This document shows positions 13,850 through 25,455 of a DNA stretch of 64,000 bases, piece by piece. The notes beneath the pieces are model-generated. The model did no database searches. It was not told the DNA's origin and saw only the letters and a program-made list of their open reading frames with translations. A program made the position numbers and the translations under genes. Numbering within the stretch: position 1 is the stretch's first letter; each line of letters begins with the position of its first letter. The stretch is from Cycas panzhihuaensis (taxonomy: Eukaryota > Plantae > Cycadophyta), in contig CM041465.1 in assembly GCA_023213395.1 (NCBI GenBank), forward strand, positions 204,235,741-204,299,740, given 5' to 3'.

Positions 13850-16800
13850 ACTCCTTAGAGGTCTAGTGCTTTCTCAATCAAAACCCATCATACCCTACTC
13901 TTTGGCACTCCTATGCTCAAGGGGTATCGTCTCCTAGTTGACGTGATCTCTCCCTAGGAGACCATATGCCTCTTAGTCTCCTCCTGTGCCACTGTGAGCT
14001 CCTAACCTCGCTCCCCTCATCTCGAGGCCTCCTTAGGGTCACTGTCATCGTGTATGTCTGAGTGCTACTCTACAACGACTTTGTTGCCATCTGGTTCACT
14101 AGTTCATCATATCATGCTTAGATACGATCCCTCTACTCCTTTGAGTCTCTTCTCTAGAACATCTATCTTGATGCGGCTCTCTGCATCACCACTTGCTCCT
14201 CTATCCTAAGCCTCCAGTGCCTGGACTCGACCTCGTAAGGTATCTCTCTTTGCATGGGTCCTGTCTAGCTCTCCCTGTAGTTATCCCACCCTCGCCTAGT
14301 GCTCCTAGGACTCTGCTACCCATGTGTCCCTAGCTCTAATCAGTGGGACGAATGTTGTTGTGTGTGCCCTTGTTGATCGATGCTCCTTTCTAACCTGAAT
14401 GGGAGGTTGCCCCTCCGCGTAGACTTGGGGGAATACCTCCCAAACTACTGCCTCTATCAACCTCCCCATTTTCACTGCTCCTGCCAAGTCAAACATGTCA
14501 CGTGTTAGTCTATACACCTATTTATCAAATCCTTAAAGTAAAATCAAAGCAAACTATCTAGTCACTTAGTGGTTGAAAGATGTCAGGAAAAGGTAGTGTC
14601 TCACCTTCTGAGATGGTTGACTCCCCAACTCAGATGACCACCTCCTCCTCGGGACCTCCCTCAGCTACTGGTACCTCCTCCTCCTTGAGTACCACCTGTT
14701 TCCCAGCTACTGGGAATGGACTCAAGACTCATCAACGCAGGTATGTTCAGGTATACATTCTTACTTTTTCTTGCCCATGCTTAATTAAGGTTATTTAGCA
14801 TAGGTTGCTTGACATACGCCTATCTGCATGCATTGCTTCGCTGCTTGATCATGTTGCATGTGCCTATGGCACTTTATCAGCCTATGACGACTCACAACGG
14901 GGGCATTTCTCAGCAAATGCTACACCCCGTATGGCGCACAGCCACCTACATTGTCTCCATGGTCTCCCGGGATGTTTCAGTCAGTCCTGTTTGCTCTCGT
15001 TACAACATGTTGCTCACGTTGCAGTCCCTCCTAAGCCTGATTTAATCCTTAGTTAGTACTCATTTCATTATTTTGGCTACTTGCCCATTACAGGCATTCC
15101 CATTGCTCGACTCTTTTTTGGTCTTGATTTTTACTTCAAAACCTTATGTTTCTACTTCTTTTTCTCTTTTTTTATCTCCAGTCTGATACCGTTGTAAACT
15201 TAGTGGTACCGTGGTCTTTCTTTGCTGATCTGCAGATTCTGCATGATCTGCTTGAAATTTTAAAAAAAGAGAACCACGCGATAGTTTTTATTTTTTTTGT
15301 GGAACTACCACGTGGCGTCGATTGATTCGAGTCACCCTGACATCCCCAACGTTCACCTGCTGTGAACAGGGGGATAAAAAGGGATTTTTCTCTCCATTCT
15401 CAAGAACTTTTGCCAATTTTCTGACTTTTCAACTAAAAAAAACACATGGAGAAAGATACAATCTACATGCACAGGAACTTGTCACAGAAGAGGAGGACTG
15501 CTACCAGCTAGATTTGCAGGGCCATTACTGCCCCCTACAACTCTCAACAGCAAGCCTCATACCTCTTTGCAGGTGCTCAAGGTTCCAAAGGATATTTCTA
15601 CCCAAAAGCTTCTCCAAAGAGCTAATTTCCAAGGTTCTAAGTTTGCAAGGATTTTTCCTCACTTCACTCTTGTAAAAACCTGTCATGATCAGCCCTCATA
15701 CATTAGATATTGCTACTGTTTCCTAACAGCAAAGCTCACGCTTGATTCTCTTCCTACAAGGTATTTCTTGTTCCTACTTGCAATTCATTTTGTTCTTATT
15801 TCTTTTGTCTGTTAATGAATGAAATCTTAGTTTGGCTAGTTTTCTTTATGTTGTTGCACTAGATTAGTGACATTCCCATGTTCTTTTGAGGCCTCACTAT
15901 TTTCCTTAAACCATCTCTTTTACCCCTTCCTTGGTTAGTCGGTGCAAAGGAGCAATATAAGAGGATTTGAGGGAGGTAGGCGGGGTTCCGTCCCCCATTG
16001 TTGTCCTTCTCCCCAAGGGTTCCATCCCTTATCCTCTTTCCCTTTGCCATTAGTGCTTTCTTAGGGAATGGGCTAAGGGAGTTTAGGGAATTTAGTTGTG
16101 GTGTTCAAGTTAGCATAGGCAACCCGTCGCTCTGTCATTTCCAGAAGTCTCATCTGTCGATGTTGGGCCCTACCTAAGCCCCAAATCTCTCTGTTATTCC
16201 TTTCTTTGTTACTGCCTGTTGCTTCACGACCTTGTTGCCAACTCACTTTTCCTTCTCGAGTTCTGTGGGGTTTCTTCGTGGGTGAGTTAGCCATCCCGAG
16301 GGTATACTCTTTTCCCTTTTGGGCATCTTTGTGGTGTATGGTGGTGAGAGTATTTCTTGCATGTTGCTATTTTATTTGGCTACATATCGATGCTTAGCAT
16401 AGATTTTAGTTCCATTTGATTTTAGTATATATATTTTGGTATATTTCGTGGCCTCTCTTCCGAGAGGAAGGTATTCTTCTCACATGTTTGCAGGATCGCG
16501 CGTTAGTGGAGTGATACGTGGAACAAACCCGTTGCAGGTTAGTTCCCCGTGTGGTGCATTTCTTTTCTGTTTCACGCTTTCGTTTCTTTTTTCCGTTTAT
16601 TCACTTTTGCATGCTTAAGGGGAGGTAAGTAAGCCCCTCTTCTATCACTTTCGGCAACTGCCGCCGATCGGCATCGCATGCACGACGAACGGAGTAGAAA
16701 GGAGCAGGACTTAAAGCAGCGGCACTCCATTCGGTAGGATCTAGGTATTCTCCTTGTTTCCCATGTATCCCTTTTACATTGTCACCTTTCATATATTTTC

Positions 16801-18900
16801 TTGTGTAGTTAGGAAATTGTAAAAGATTAAAAAGGAAAAAGGAAAAGTGCACTCATTTTTACATTATTTCTTGCTTTAGCTAGCGTAGCATAACGTAGTT
16901 AGATTGTTTACGTTGCATTCGAGTTACCCTCATTGCGCCCCCTTTGTTGCATTTGCCCATACACTAGTTAGTTGCCCTTCCGTTCGTTGCCTTCTTATTA
17001 CCTTGAGAAGACACAACGCACAAGGTGCTTTCTCCTCTTCCCGGCCATCCGAGGGGTAGGAAGGCCTTGCTTTGCACGGCTACCTGGAAGCAACCAGGCA
17101 CCTTGCAGTTCTGAATTTACACTCCGGCACACGGACACTCTGTGAGGTGAAGTCCTTGCTGCCTAGTTTAGTTAGCATTGCATATATTTATATCCTTTTT
17201 GCTAGATGTAGGGACACTGCCTCGTAGTGAGCGTTTCACCACCTCACTGACCTCTTGGCCTACCAGGACATCTCCTCCTCCCTCTCTCGCCATCACTCAC
17301 GCCTTTGCCATCGCATGAGCTCTACCTACTACCCTCAGTCTTTGAACTGGTGTGCGGGGTGGTCTACCTCCTCTTACAGCTCTTAAAGGACCTACACCTC
17401 CTCCTGAAGCTCCCGAAGGCCCTGCCTCTCCTCCTGTGGTCACTTATAGACCCGTCTCATCTCCCTCACCTCCATCGATATCCCCACCATCTCTAGGACC
17501 ATCTCTTGCTGCTCCTGCCTTGTCTTAGCTATCCCACCTCAATCCTTTATATGGATATGTTGTATAGTTTGCCAGAGTGAGGAGGTCTAGCGATGTTGCC
17601 TCCAGTGACCGCTTGACATGCGCCTGATCCTCGGTCCCTCTAAATCGAGTCTGCCACATGTGCATCATAGGAACTCACACTGAGATAGGGTGTGGTCCTC
17701 CTGGTGGTGCTACTACCCAAAAATGATCAAAGAACCAACACTTTAGTAGTGTGCAATAGGAGAATCCTCCTCTCCCTGTCATTATGATTACGTTTAACTG
17801 GGTGACCATATCCGCCACTATCAGGGTGGCCCAATCCAGTCTCTCCCTGGCCTCACATCTCCTGACAATATCCATCCACCCGCTGGGTATGTCTCTATGG
17901 TTTTGTTTTTAGGAGATCCAGAACAGAAAGCCTAATATAATCATAACCATAGTTTGGACTGATATCCTGTGTCAGTCCCACCTGCCCTAGCCAATAAAAA
18001 ATATGGTCGCCTCCATGTGTGTGGTATCTGTGCTGGGCAACGTGCCCAACAAAGCTAGCGCTCCCCCTGCTGGTATACCTAGGATTCTCCAAATGTCTCC
18101 CTGTGTGATGGTAACATCCCCCACTTGGGGAAGGTGGAAGATGTACTGCCTGCAATCCCAATCAGAGAATATGTCTACCAAGAGGCGCTAATTTGATGCG
18201 TACTAAGGGTCCTGATAATCTTTAGTAGCCCACATCATCTCAATATCTGTATGTCCCCTTGTGTCATCATCTCAATAAAACTCATCATCATAATCCCTAT
18301 GTTCTTGTGGTTGTCTACTGCGATAATTACCTACAAAAAGTACCCAACAATCAGTCAGAACACTCCAAACTCAGCTTGCCTACCCTCAGGTTGCCTCTGC
18401 CCCTCTTTGGGCTACGTTTGGCACATTTCCGGGTAACTTTTCTTCTTTTTTCTACTAATTCCCCTCTACCCCGCGTTAAACTCTGTGGTACTGCAAAGTT
18501 TGACATGGGCCCTGCTAAGATTTCAGCATTTTCTCAATGGCCCCATAATAAACTCTGCAGCATCATGATTTTCGCTATGGGGCCCTTTATCCCCCCCTCA
18601 AGGGGGCGGGGGATGCCCCAAAAACTCAAATTTTTTCATCTAAATAGGTTTAATCCATGCCTATTCAAACTAGGGCTACCTAATGCCCTGGTCCTCCCCC
18701 TCTCTAGGCCCAAATTGAGCTCCAAAGAGCCCCAAATTGCCCTCAAGGGGCCAGAAATTACTCCAAAAAATATAAAGAATACATTAAATTCAATTGACAA
18801 AATGGAATGGGTAAGGGGTGATCCACTTACTGGGTCTGGCCTTGCTACTACCATCTCGTCATCCTGATCTCGTCGACTGTCTCTGTGCCTCAATCCGACG
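13850..18900 (-). pseudogene. Antisense accessory gene of the Tat element with aminotransferase-like plant mobile domain (PMD), acidic tract and coiled-coil-like tail; interrupted by a solo LTR; ends approximate
   Basis: DWDCRQYIFHLPQVGDVTITQGDIWRILGIPAGG (17987-18181) matches the PMD motif W...T.TFHLP.GE.TITL.DV..ILGLP..G. LDWATLIVADM...GFSYCTLLKCWFFDHF (17675-17875) matches the later PMD motif. The E-rich frame continues across the solo-LTR junction. Confidence 0.8.
14697..17238 (+). mobile_element. Solo LTR (~2.54 kb) of a Tat-related family
   Basis: TGTTTCCC...GTTTCA termini; exact TSD CCACC at 14692-14696 and 17239-17243; homologous end-to-end to 54927-57429. Confidence 0.93.
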
Positions 18901-19585
18901 GTTAGATCTCCTGCTGTGTGCCTCCAAAGTTGGGCAGTGCTCCACTATGTAATGGAAAGAGCTCTAGATTGATCGTGAGCCTGTGAAAATGAATTCTATT
19001 TTCGTTGAGTTTCTTTTATATAGGCAGGGGCCCTAACGGGTACTTCCTCCTTTCCTTCTGTCGTGACATCTCCTGCGACTTCCTCTTTTCCTATATCATT
19101 TTTTCCTTCTAGGTATGTCCCCTATTTCATTGTTGTGGCCTCTATTTTATGCTTCTTCGATATATTTATGATGATCCCTTTAGTCTTTCGCAGATCCCTT
19201 TCGTCTCCATTTTTGCACCATCCCAAAACTTACCCATGTTTATACTCGTTTGGCTCATTTCGTCATCCTGAGTCTGCTTTTGCCACCCTTCGAGCCTTTG
19301 GGGCCCCCAAAAGAAGTGCCTCCGTCATCTAGGACCTTTCTTTACTCCTTTTGGCAACCTTTGGGACCCCGAAGGGGTCTTTTCACCATCATTTCTTTCC
19401 CTTTCATCGGGTCAGTCTCCTCATCCCCGGGTAGCCTCCTTCTGGGGTCCTCTTTCCCTTCGTGACCTTTATTTATAGCCCCTGAGTGCTTCCTAGCTCT
19501 TACTCTATTTGCTCCTTTCCTCAGCTGGTTGACCCCGTCGTCACTCTTTTTCCACCTCCGTCTCATCAAGACCCTCGTCTCTCTT

Positions 19586-20010
19586 CCCATAGCTTTACTC
19601 ATCTTCACCGACGGTGGAAGTCATGGCAACCCAAGCCCTTCATTGCTGCGTGGATACTCCGTGACCCCTTTAGATATGATTACATGCATTATGGGGTCTT
19701 CCTTCCTGAAGCTATCAATAACGAAGCTGAGTACACAGTCGTTATTAAAGCCCTCATCGATGCACTCCGCTTCTACCGTGGACACATCATCCTTCTTTGT
19801 GACTCTCAGATTATGGTGTCACAACTTACCCAGGTTTACGAGGTGTGTTGCCCTTGCCTGAGGGCCCTCGCCTCGATCGCTAGGTCCCTTTTGTCTCACT
19901 TTTCTTCCATAGATATTTAACATATTCCTTGGGCCCACAATGATGAGGCGGACGACCTCGTCCACCTCATCTTCGAGCATCGCCTCCTTCTCCTCGATAA
20001 TCCCCCTTGA
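19586..20010 (+). pseudogene. Additional archaeal-type RNase H (aRH), separate from pol; one frameshift and one stop
   Basis: IFTDGGSHGNP / NNEAEY / CDSQIMVSQL / HIPWAHNDEADDL give the D-E-D-D RNase HI signature. No aRH lies between RH and INT in pol. Confidence 0.88.
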
Positions 20011-20504
20011 GGAACCTATCTTGTCACCTGAGAGCCAAGGTTCTGGGTCATCTCACCTTCCACGTCATGATCTGTTTGCACCTCTAAAAGCTGGCCACTA
20101 ATAAGGCTAAACTATGGTGACCACCAGGTTTGTTTTCTTCACCTTATTGTTCATATCGCTCCTGGTACATAGTCCTTATTATTCTAGTCCTTCTATGTAC
20201 ATAACATCCCATACATATCATTTATTTGATCATGTTTGTGATTATCACTACTATTTATCTTGCACTCATGCGATGAGGGCACCCCCTCATCTATTATCAC
20301 TATCAGTCAACTCTAGGGTGATGCATAGGTAGCCCATATACTGTCACTCTCTCAGCTCCCTGTCCACGCATCCCACCATGACACTTGCTATTACCCTTGG
20401 TTGATAACATTTTTATATTTATTGTATATTGCAAACTTTTTGTTTCCAGCATTCTTCATCACATTACACTTCTAAGCAATGAGGCTCTACTGCCAAGTGG
20501 GCAG

Positions 20505-23500
20505 TGTTTCTTGGCTATCAGGAATGGACATGGATGAGTCAACTTAAGTAAGTATAGGTATGCTTCTATCCCTACACTTATTATTTTAGAAAAGGTAGGT
20601 TGAGGCACTTCACCTACATTGCATGATGATTGATTCACTACATGACCATTATGCATCCACTGCTTGACCACACTACATCTATGCACCCTTTTAGCCTATG
20701 ATAATCTAGGGATACATATACCATGGAGCTCCATAACCCTCCTCCTTGCCTCCATAATGTTCCCAAGTACCATTTCACTTTTGTAGCCCAATCACATCAC
20801 CCGTTGGCGCATCAGGACCCCTGGTGCCTCACCTAAGCTTAGTTATCATCCTGCGTCCATTTGTCATCCTTTTGGGGAACCTTTTACCTTTATTACTTAT
20901 CCTCATGGCCTCTTTAAGCCCTATAACTCCTTCCTGCTACCTAGAAAGAGTACCTTTCTTCTTTGAGCCTGAGTTTCCCCTATTTTGGAGCTTCTGGGCT
21001 CCTCTTCCCTTGCTTTTCCCTTTGTTTCTGTTGTACTACATTAAACTCTATAGTACCGCTGCAAACTTCACCGTATCACTAAGTTTACCATAGGGTGACT
21101 GTCCAAAATTATTTTTTCAAATTTGCCATGGCTAATTTCATATTTGTTGCAAAATTACCACATGGCAACGACTTGTTTCTTGCCCAGGCTAAACCCTAAT
21201 CACTTGATTGAGCTAGGATTGGATTTAAAAGCCCAAAAACACCCTCATTTCATCTCTCTCTCACTCATTGTTTCCACTACTTCTTCCAAAAATACCCTGC
21301 AAACAAGACCAAGTCTGCTACATCTACTTCTTTGCTAACTACCAGCCTTTTGCATCTCCAGATGTGCAGTTGCAGGCCTATAGTGTGGCCAACCAAGAGA
21401 AGATCATGCTCCAAATGATCCATCAAGTTCCAGCTACATTTCTTGCTCTAGTTTTCTTCCTACTTGCTACACCATTAGGGTTTTCTCCTACAAACCCTAC
21501 AAGGCTTACTCGTTCATTTAATTTTATAAGTAGATCTACCTCAGATCCTCTTATAACAGGTACCTCCTGGTTAGTTCTTTGCTTTCTTTCCTTTGAGTAA
21601 CATAAATACTACTTACCAATACTTTTTTGCAATAACTTTTTTCTTTCTTCTATTGCAAACGGGAGGCAAACCCTCCCCTTTCGCCTGTTTGTTTATTCTT
21701 TTGGTTTCTTTAAGGAGGTAGCAAGGGAGAGGCACCTACAGAGAGTGAAAGGAGCTAAAGGTGAGGTCTTGCACCCAATGCACCTTCACCTCAAGGGCAG
21801 TCCCCTTCTCTCCTCACCTCTCCTTTCTCCATACCTCCATTGAGTACTTAAGGGGCCATTAGAAGATAGACCATTACTGGCAACAGCATAGGTAGCCCAT
21901 TGCTGCACTTGCCACCAACCCAGTAGATCCTACATGGGTGTGGTTTTAGCCCCCACTCCATATTCTCTTATCCCTTGGTTTTAAACTTTTGTAAAAGTTA
22001 CAAAAGTTGCGTGTTGTAACTTCTATGACATTGGCAATGTTTGTAACATTTCTTGTCGTCATTACTTATATTCTTAGAAGCTGGTTTGCATCCATTTCCC
22101 CCTTTCATCCTGGTACTTAGGCGCAGCATGGAGCACCTTTGATTTAGAGGGTTAGCCATTTTGGGGCTAACCATCATTTCTCTTTCTCTCTCCCTCCTTT
22201 TCCCATATTACATTCCAAATAACATACAAAACATAAGGAGTGATATTGGTATTGAATATATTTCTTCTAATTAAGATAGTTGTATCTTGTTACTTTCCAT
22301 ATTGCATATCTATCTTGTATATGTTTGGTGCCCCTTGGGAAAGGGCAAACCTTGTTAATTGTAGGTTTTCTTTTGTACTTGGAGGAAAAAGGGGACTTCA
22401 TCCCAGGTATGTTTCCTTTTCTTTCAATAGTTACTTTCTTTTGCCCTCAAAGTTGTAAAGTGGAGTTGTAATAGTTTTTACATTTCCTTGTGTTTTTCCT
22501 TTTGGATTTCGGGGAAGGTAAGGAAGCCCTCGTTCTTCATCGGCACTCCTTGCATCACGCCATCCTTGGTTAGGAGAAGGGTGAAGATCGTAAGCATGGT
22601 AAGGGAAGTGCTACTTTGAGTACCACATTTAAGGTATGCCTCCCTTGTTCTAGCCTTCTTCTCTTTCTCTCTTTTCCCCCTCTTTCGAATACCATTTGGG
22701 ATGGTTTGGATCTCTTGCACTTCACTTGCTTATTTTTTTGTAAAGCTCATATAGTAGAAATATAGGCACTTGCATGCGTGTACCCCTCTCATTTCATTGC
22801 ATCATCACCTAGTAACTTTGCACCCTTTTGCATGAGCTTCGTATCACATAGCAATCTCTTTGATCTCCCCTTTTCGTATTTAAAAAGACAAAGAGAGTGA
22901 GGTTACATGCATAAGTAAACGAGAGAGAGATTTGCATTACTTTTTTACCTCTAAAAGTGATTCCTTTAAATATAAGCATATGATATTACTCTAAAATACC
23001 ACATTCTCAACTTACATTTCTTAACCATATACAAAATAAAGACAAACACAAAGATAATCCTTCTTGTTGACTCGCCGCTCTTAGAATCCTCTTTAGGTTT
23101 GGCCCCTTAAGATCACCTCGTCTCAAGGTCATTTGCTTTATCTTTCTTGTTTCTCTAGGCTAGACTTCCCTAGATTGGTCTTTAGGTCAATGTCTAGTTT
23201 GTGAAACTACTCATCATCTTGACCACTCATGTTGCAAGTCGCCTTAGGCTTACATGCATGTTCTTCCCATTTTCTTATTAAGGATCATCCCCTTCATAAC
23301 CCCTTCATGTGAGGAGCCATTCCCTCACCTCTTTCCTTCCTCCTTCGGCCATCCAAGGATGGGAGGGCCCCTTTTGAGGTTACTCGGGAAATCGAGAAGG
23401 TCCTTCGTCTATCCACCACTCCATATTGAGGAAGAGTTACCTCATAGGAGTTTGTGTGCCATTTGCAAGTCCTGAACTTGCGTTTCGTTGTAAGGATGCC

Positions 23501-23615
23501 CGTTGTGGGTGATTCCCTTCACTTATCATCGTAGGTCCAGAGCCACCTAAAACCATTAATTGTTTGACTTGATCTCATTCGAGTGTAGCAACCCCCCCCA
23601 AGAGGTGTGATTCTA
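20505..23615 (+). repeat. 3' LTR of Tat element (~3.11 kb)
   Basis: Begins TGTTTC after a short purine-rich AAGTGGGCAG; colinear with 3073-6231; followed by the TSD. Confidence 0.95.
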
Positions 23616-23620
23616 GGTGC

Positions 23621-25240
23621 AAAGGAGTCATTACCCTTAAGATATTCTAAACATAACCTTTAAGAGAAGGATAACTAGATCTCAAAGGGTAAACTTTACA
23701 TTAATGACATAAATAATAGAGATAAGTGAGCCTCAAAACTTTAAAAAGTTAGATATCTAAGATGAATGGAGGATACCAATAAAAGAGGAGCATAATACCT
23801 TGGTGAAGAATGATACTTGGGAGTAAGATGATTTGCCACTTAGGAATAATACCACTGGAATAAAATTAGTTTATAAGACCTAGTACAGTTTAGATGGTTT
23901 AATCAATAAGTACAAGTCCTAACTAGTTGCAAAGGGTTATATATAAGTTAAAGGTATTGGCTATAATAAAATATTTATACTTATAGTAAGATTGGAGATA
24001 GTTAGATTAATCATGGACTTAGTTCTACAATATGGTTAGATAGTCCATTAAATGGATGTGAAGAGTGCCTTCTTGAATACGTATGTTAATAAGAAAATTT
24101 ATGTCCAACAACCTAATAGTTTTGGGATAAAAAATAAGGAAGATAAGGTCTATAAACTAAAAAAGACCTTATATATACTTAAGTAGGTACTTAGAGTATG
24201 GTACTCTAAGATTGATAAATACATCAAGAATAAAGGATTCCTAAGGAGCTAGTCAAACCCTAACTTATTTATTAAGTTAGAAGAAAGTAAAATATTAATT
24301 GTGGGCTTATATATAGATGACCTTGGGTACATTGAGAATTGTGATTACTTATCCCAATAATTTATGGTAGATATATGTAAGGAATATGAAATAACAAATT
24401 TGGGACTTACGTATTATTTGTTAGGCATTGAGATATGATAAGACAAAAATAAGATATTTGTTTCACAAAGAAGATGCATATTAGATATGTTTTATAGATT
24501 TAACATAGATAGTTATAAGCCACTTATAATACCCATAAAAGTTGGGTTAAAATTATCTAAGTATGAGAAGTCTGAATTAGTTGACCTTACTCTTTACAAG
24601 TAATTGATTGGGAGCCTTATATATTTAACTTCAACTCAACCATATATTATGTATGTAGTTAATGTAGTTTCTAGGTTTATACATGAGCTTATGATAAAAC
24701 ATTAGAAAGTAGCCAAAAGAATTCTCAGATATCTCAGTGGAACTATTAGGTATAGACCTCATTATAAGGTGATCATAGGTTAATTAGCTATATAGACTTA
24801 AATTGGGTAGGTTGTATAAATAATAAGAAGTCTACTTTAGGTTATGCATTTAGTTTAGGTTCAGTAGCAGTAGTATGGAGTTTAAAGAAATAGCCAATAA
24901 TATCTCTTTCTACTACAAAAGTAGTTGTAAGAAGAGCTTATAAGAAAGTTTAATTTAGGATATTACTTTAGGACTTATAATAAAAACAAGTCATAATTAT
25001 TTTATAATGATCAAAGTATAATTTAGATGATTAGGAATCCATTATTTCATAGTAGGACTAAGCACATTGAGATATACCATCACTTCATTAGAGACTTAGT
25101 GCAGTATGGAGAGTTAGAATTGATCTATTATAATACAAAGGATTAGGTTGAAGGTATCTTTACAAAGAAACTTAATAAGATAAAGTTTAATAAATTTAGA
25201 GATAATCTTAGAGTCTTCCTAAATAGGTATTATAGAGGAG
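23621..25240 (+). pseudogene. Copia RT-RNase H (3' part of copy 1)
   Basis: LVKNDTW, LVAKGY, MDVKSAFLN, LYIDDL, RTKHIEI motifs; colinear with ~34460-36085. Confidence 0.9.
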
Positions 25241-25243
25241 AAA

Positions 25244-25455
25244 TATTAGGATAATGCCTACCTTGGGAATTCCTAAATATTTGTGTATCATATGATTTGG
25301 TGTTTGTCATCACTAAGTAGCGGTGGGCTTACCTGTATTTTCATGGGGTTTGACAACCCTAATATTTATTAATATTGCCACTCTCGCATATTGTAGCTTA
25401 CCCTTTCTTGCTTTATCTTTGTAATTATTTATATTTGTGCCCTAAGAGACTAACA
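25244..25455 (+). repeat. 3' LTR of copia copy 1 (~212 bp)
   Basis: Follows PPT AGAGGAGAAA; termini TATTAG (from TGTTAG)...CTAACA are inverted repeats. The partner LTR is not in the window. Confidence 0.7.

Larger units (their letters stand above)
3073..23615 (+). mobile_element. Ty3/gypsy Tat-clade LTR retrotransposon, full length (20.5 kb including a nested solo LTR), degenerate
   Basis: Paired ~3.1 kb LTRs; exact 5-bp TSD GGTGC at 3068-3072 and 23616-23620; PBS after the 5' LTR; gag-PR-RT-RH-INT order; extra aRH and antisense ORF in the 3' region. Confidence 0.95.
1..25455 (+). mobile_element. Ty1/copia LTR retrotransposon (copy 1), degenerate, interrupted by a Tat element at 3073-23615; 5' LTR outside the window
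   Basis: Domain order gag-PR-INT-RT-RH: PR DSSYSTHMT (~1668), GAG-pre-integrase WHQRFDHVN, rve LQLVYTDLCGP, KCIFIGY. RT/RH resumes at 23621 and ends RTKHIEIYHHFIRDLV. Joining 3072 to 23621 restores colinearity with copy 2 at ~34440-34530. Confidence 0.93.
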
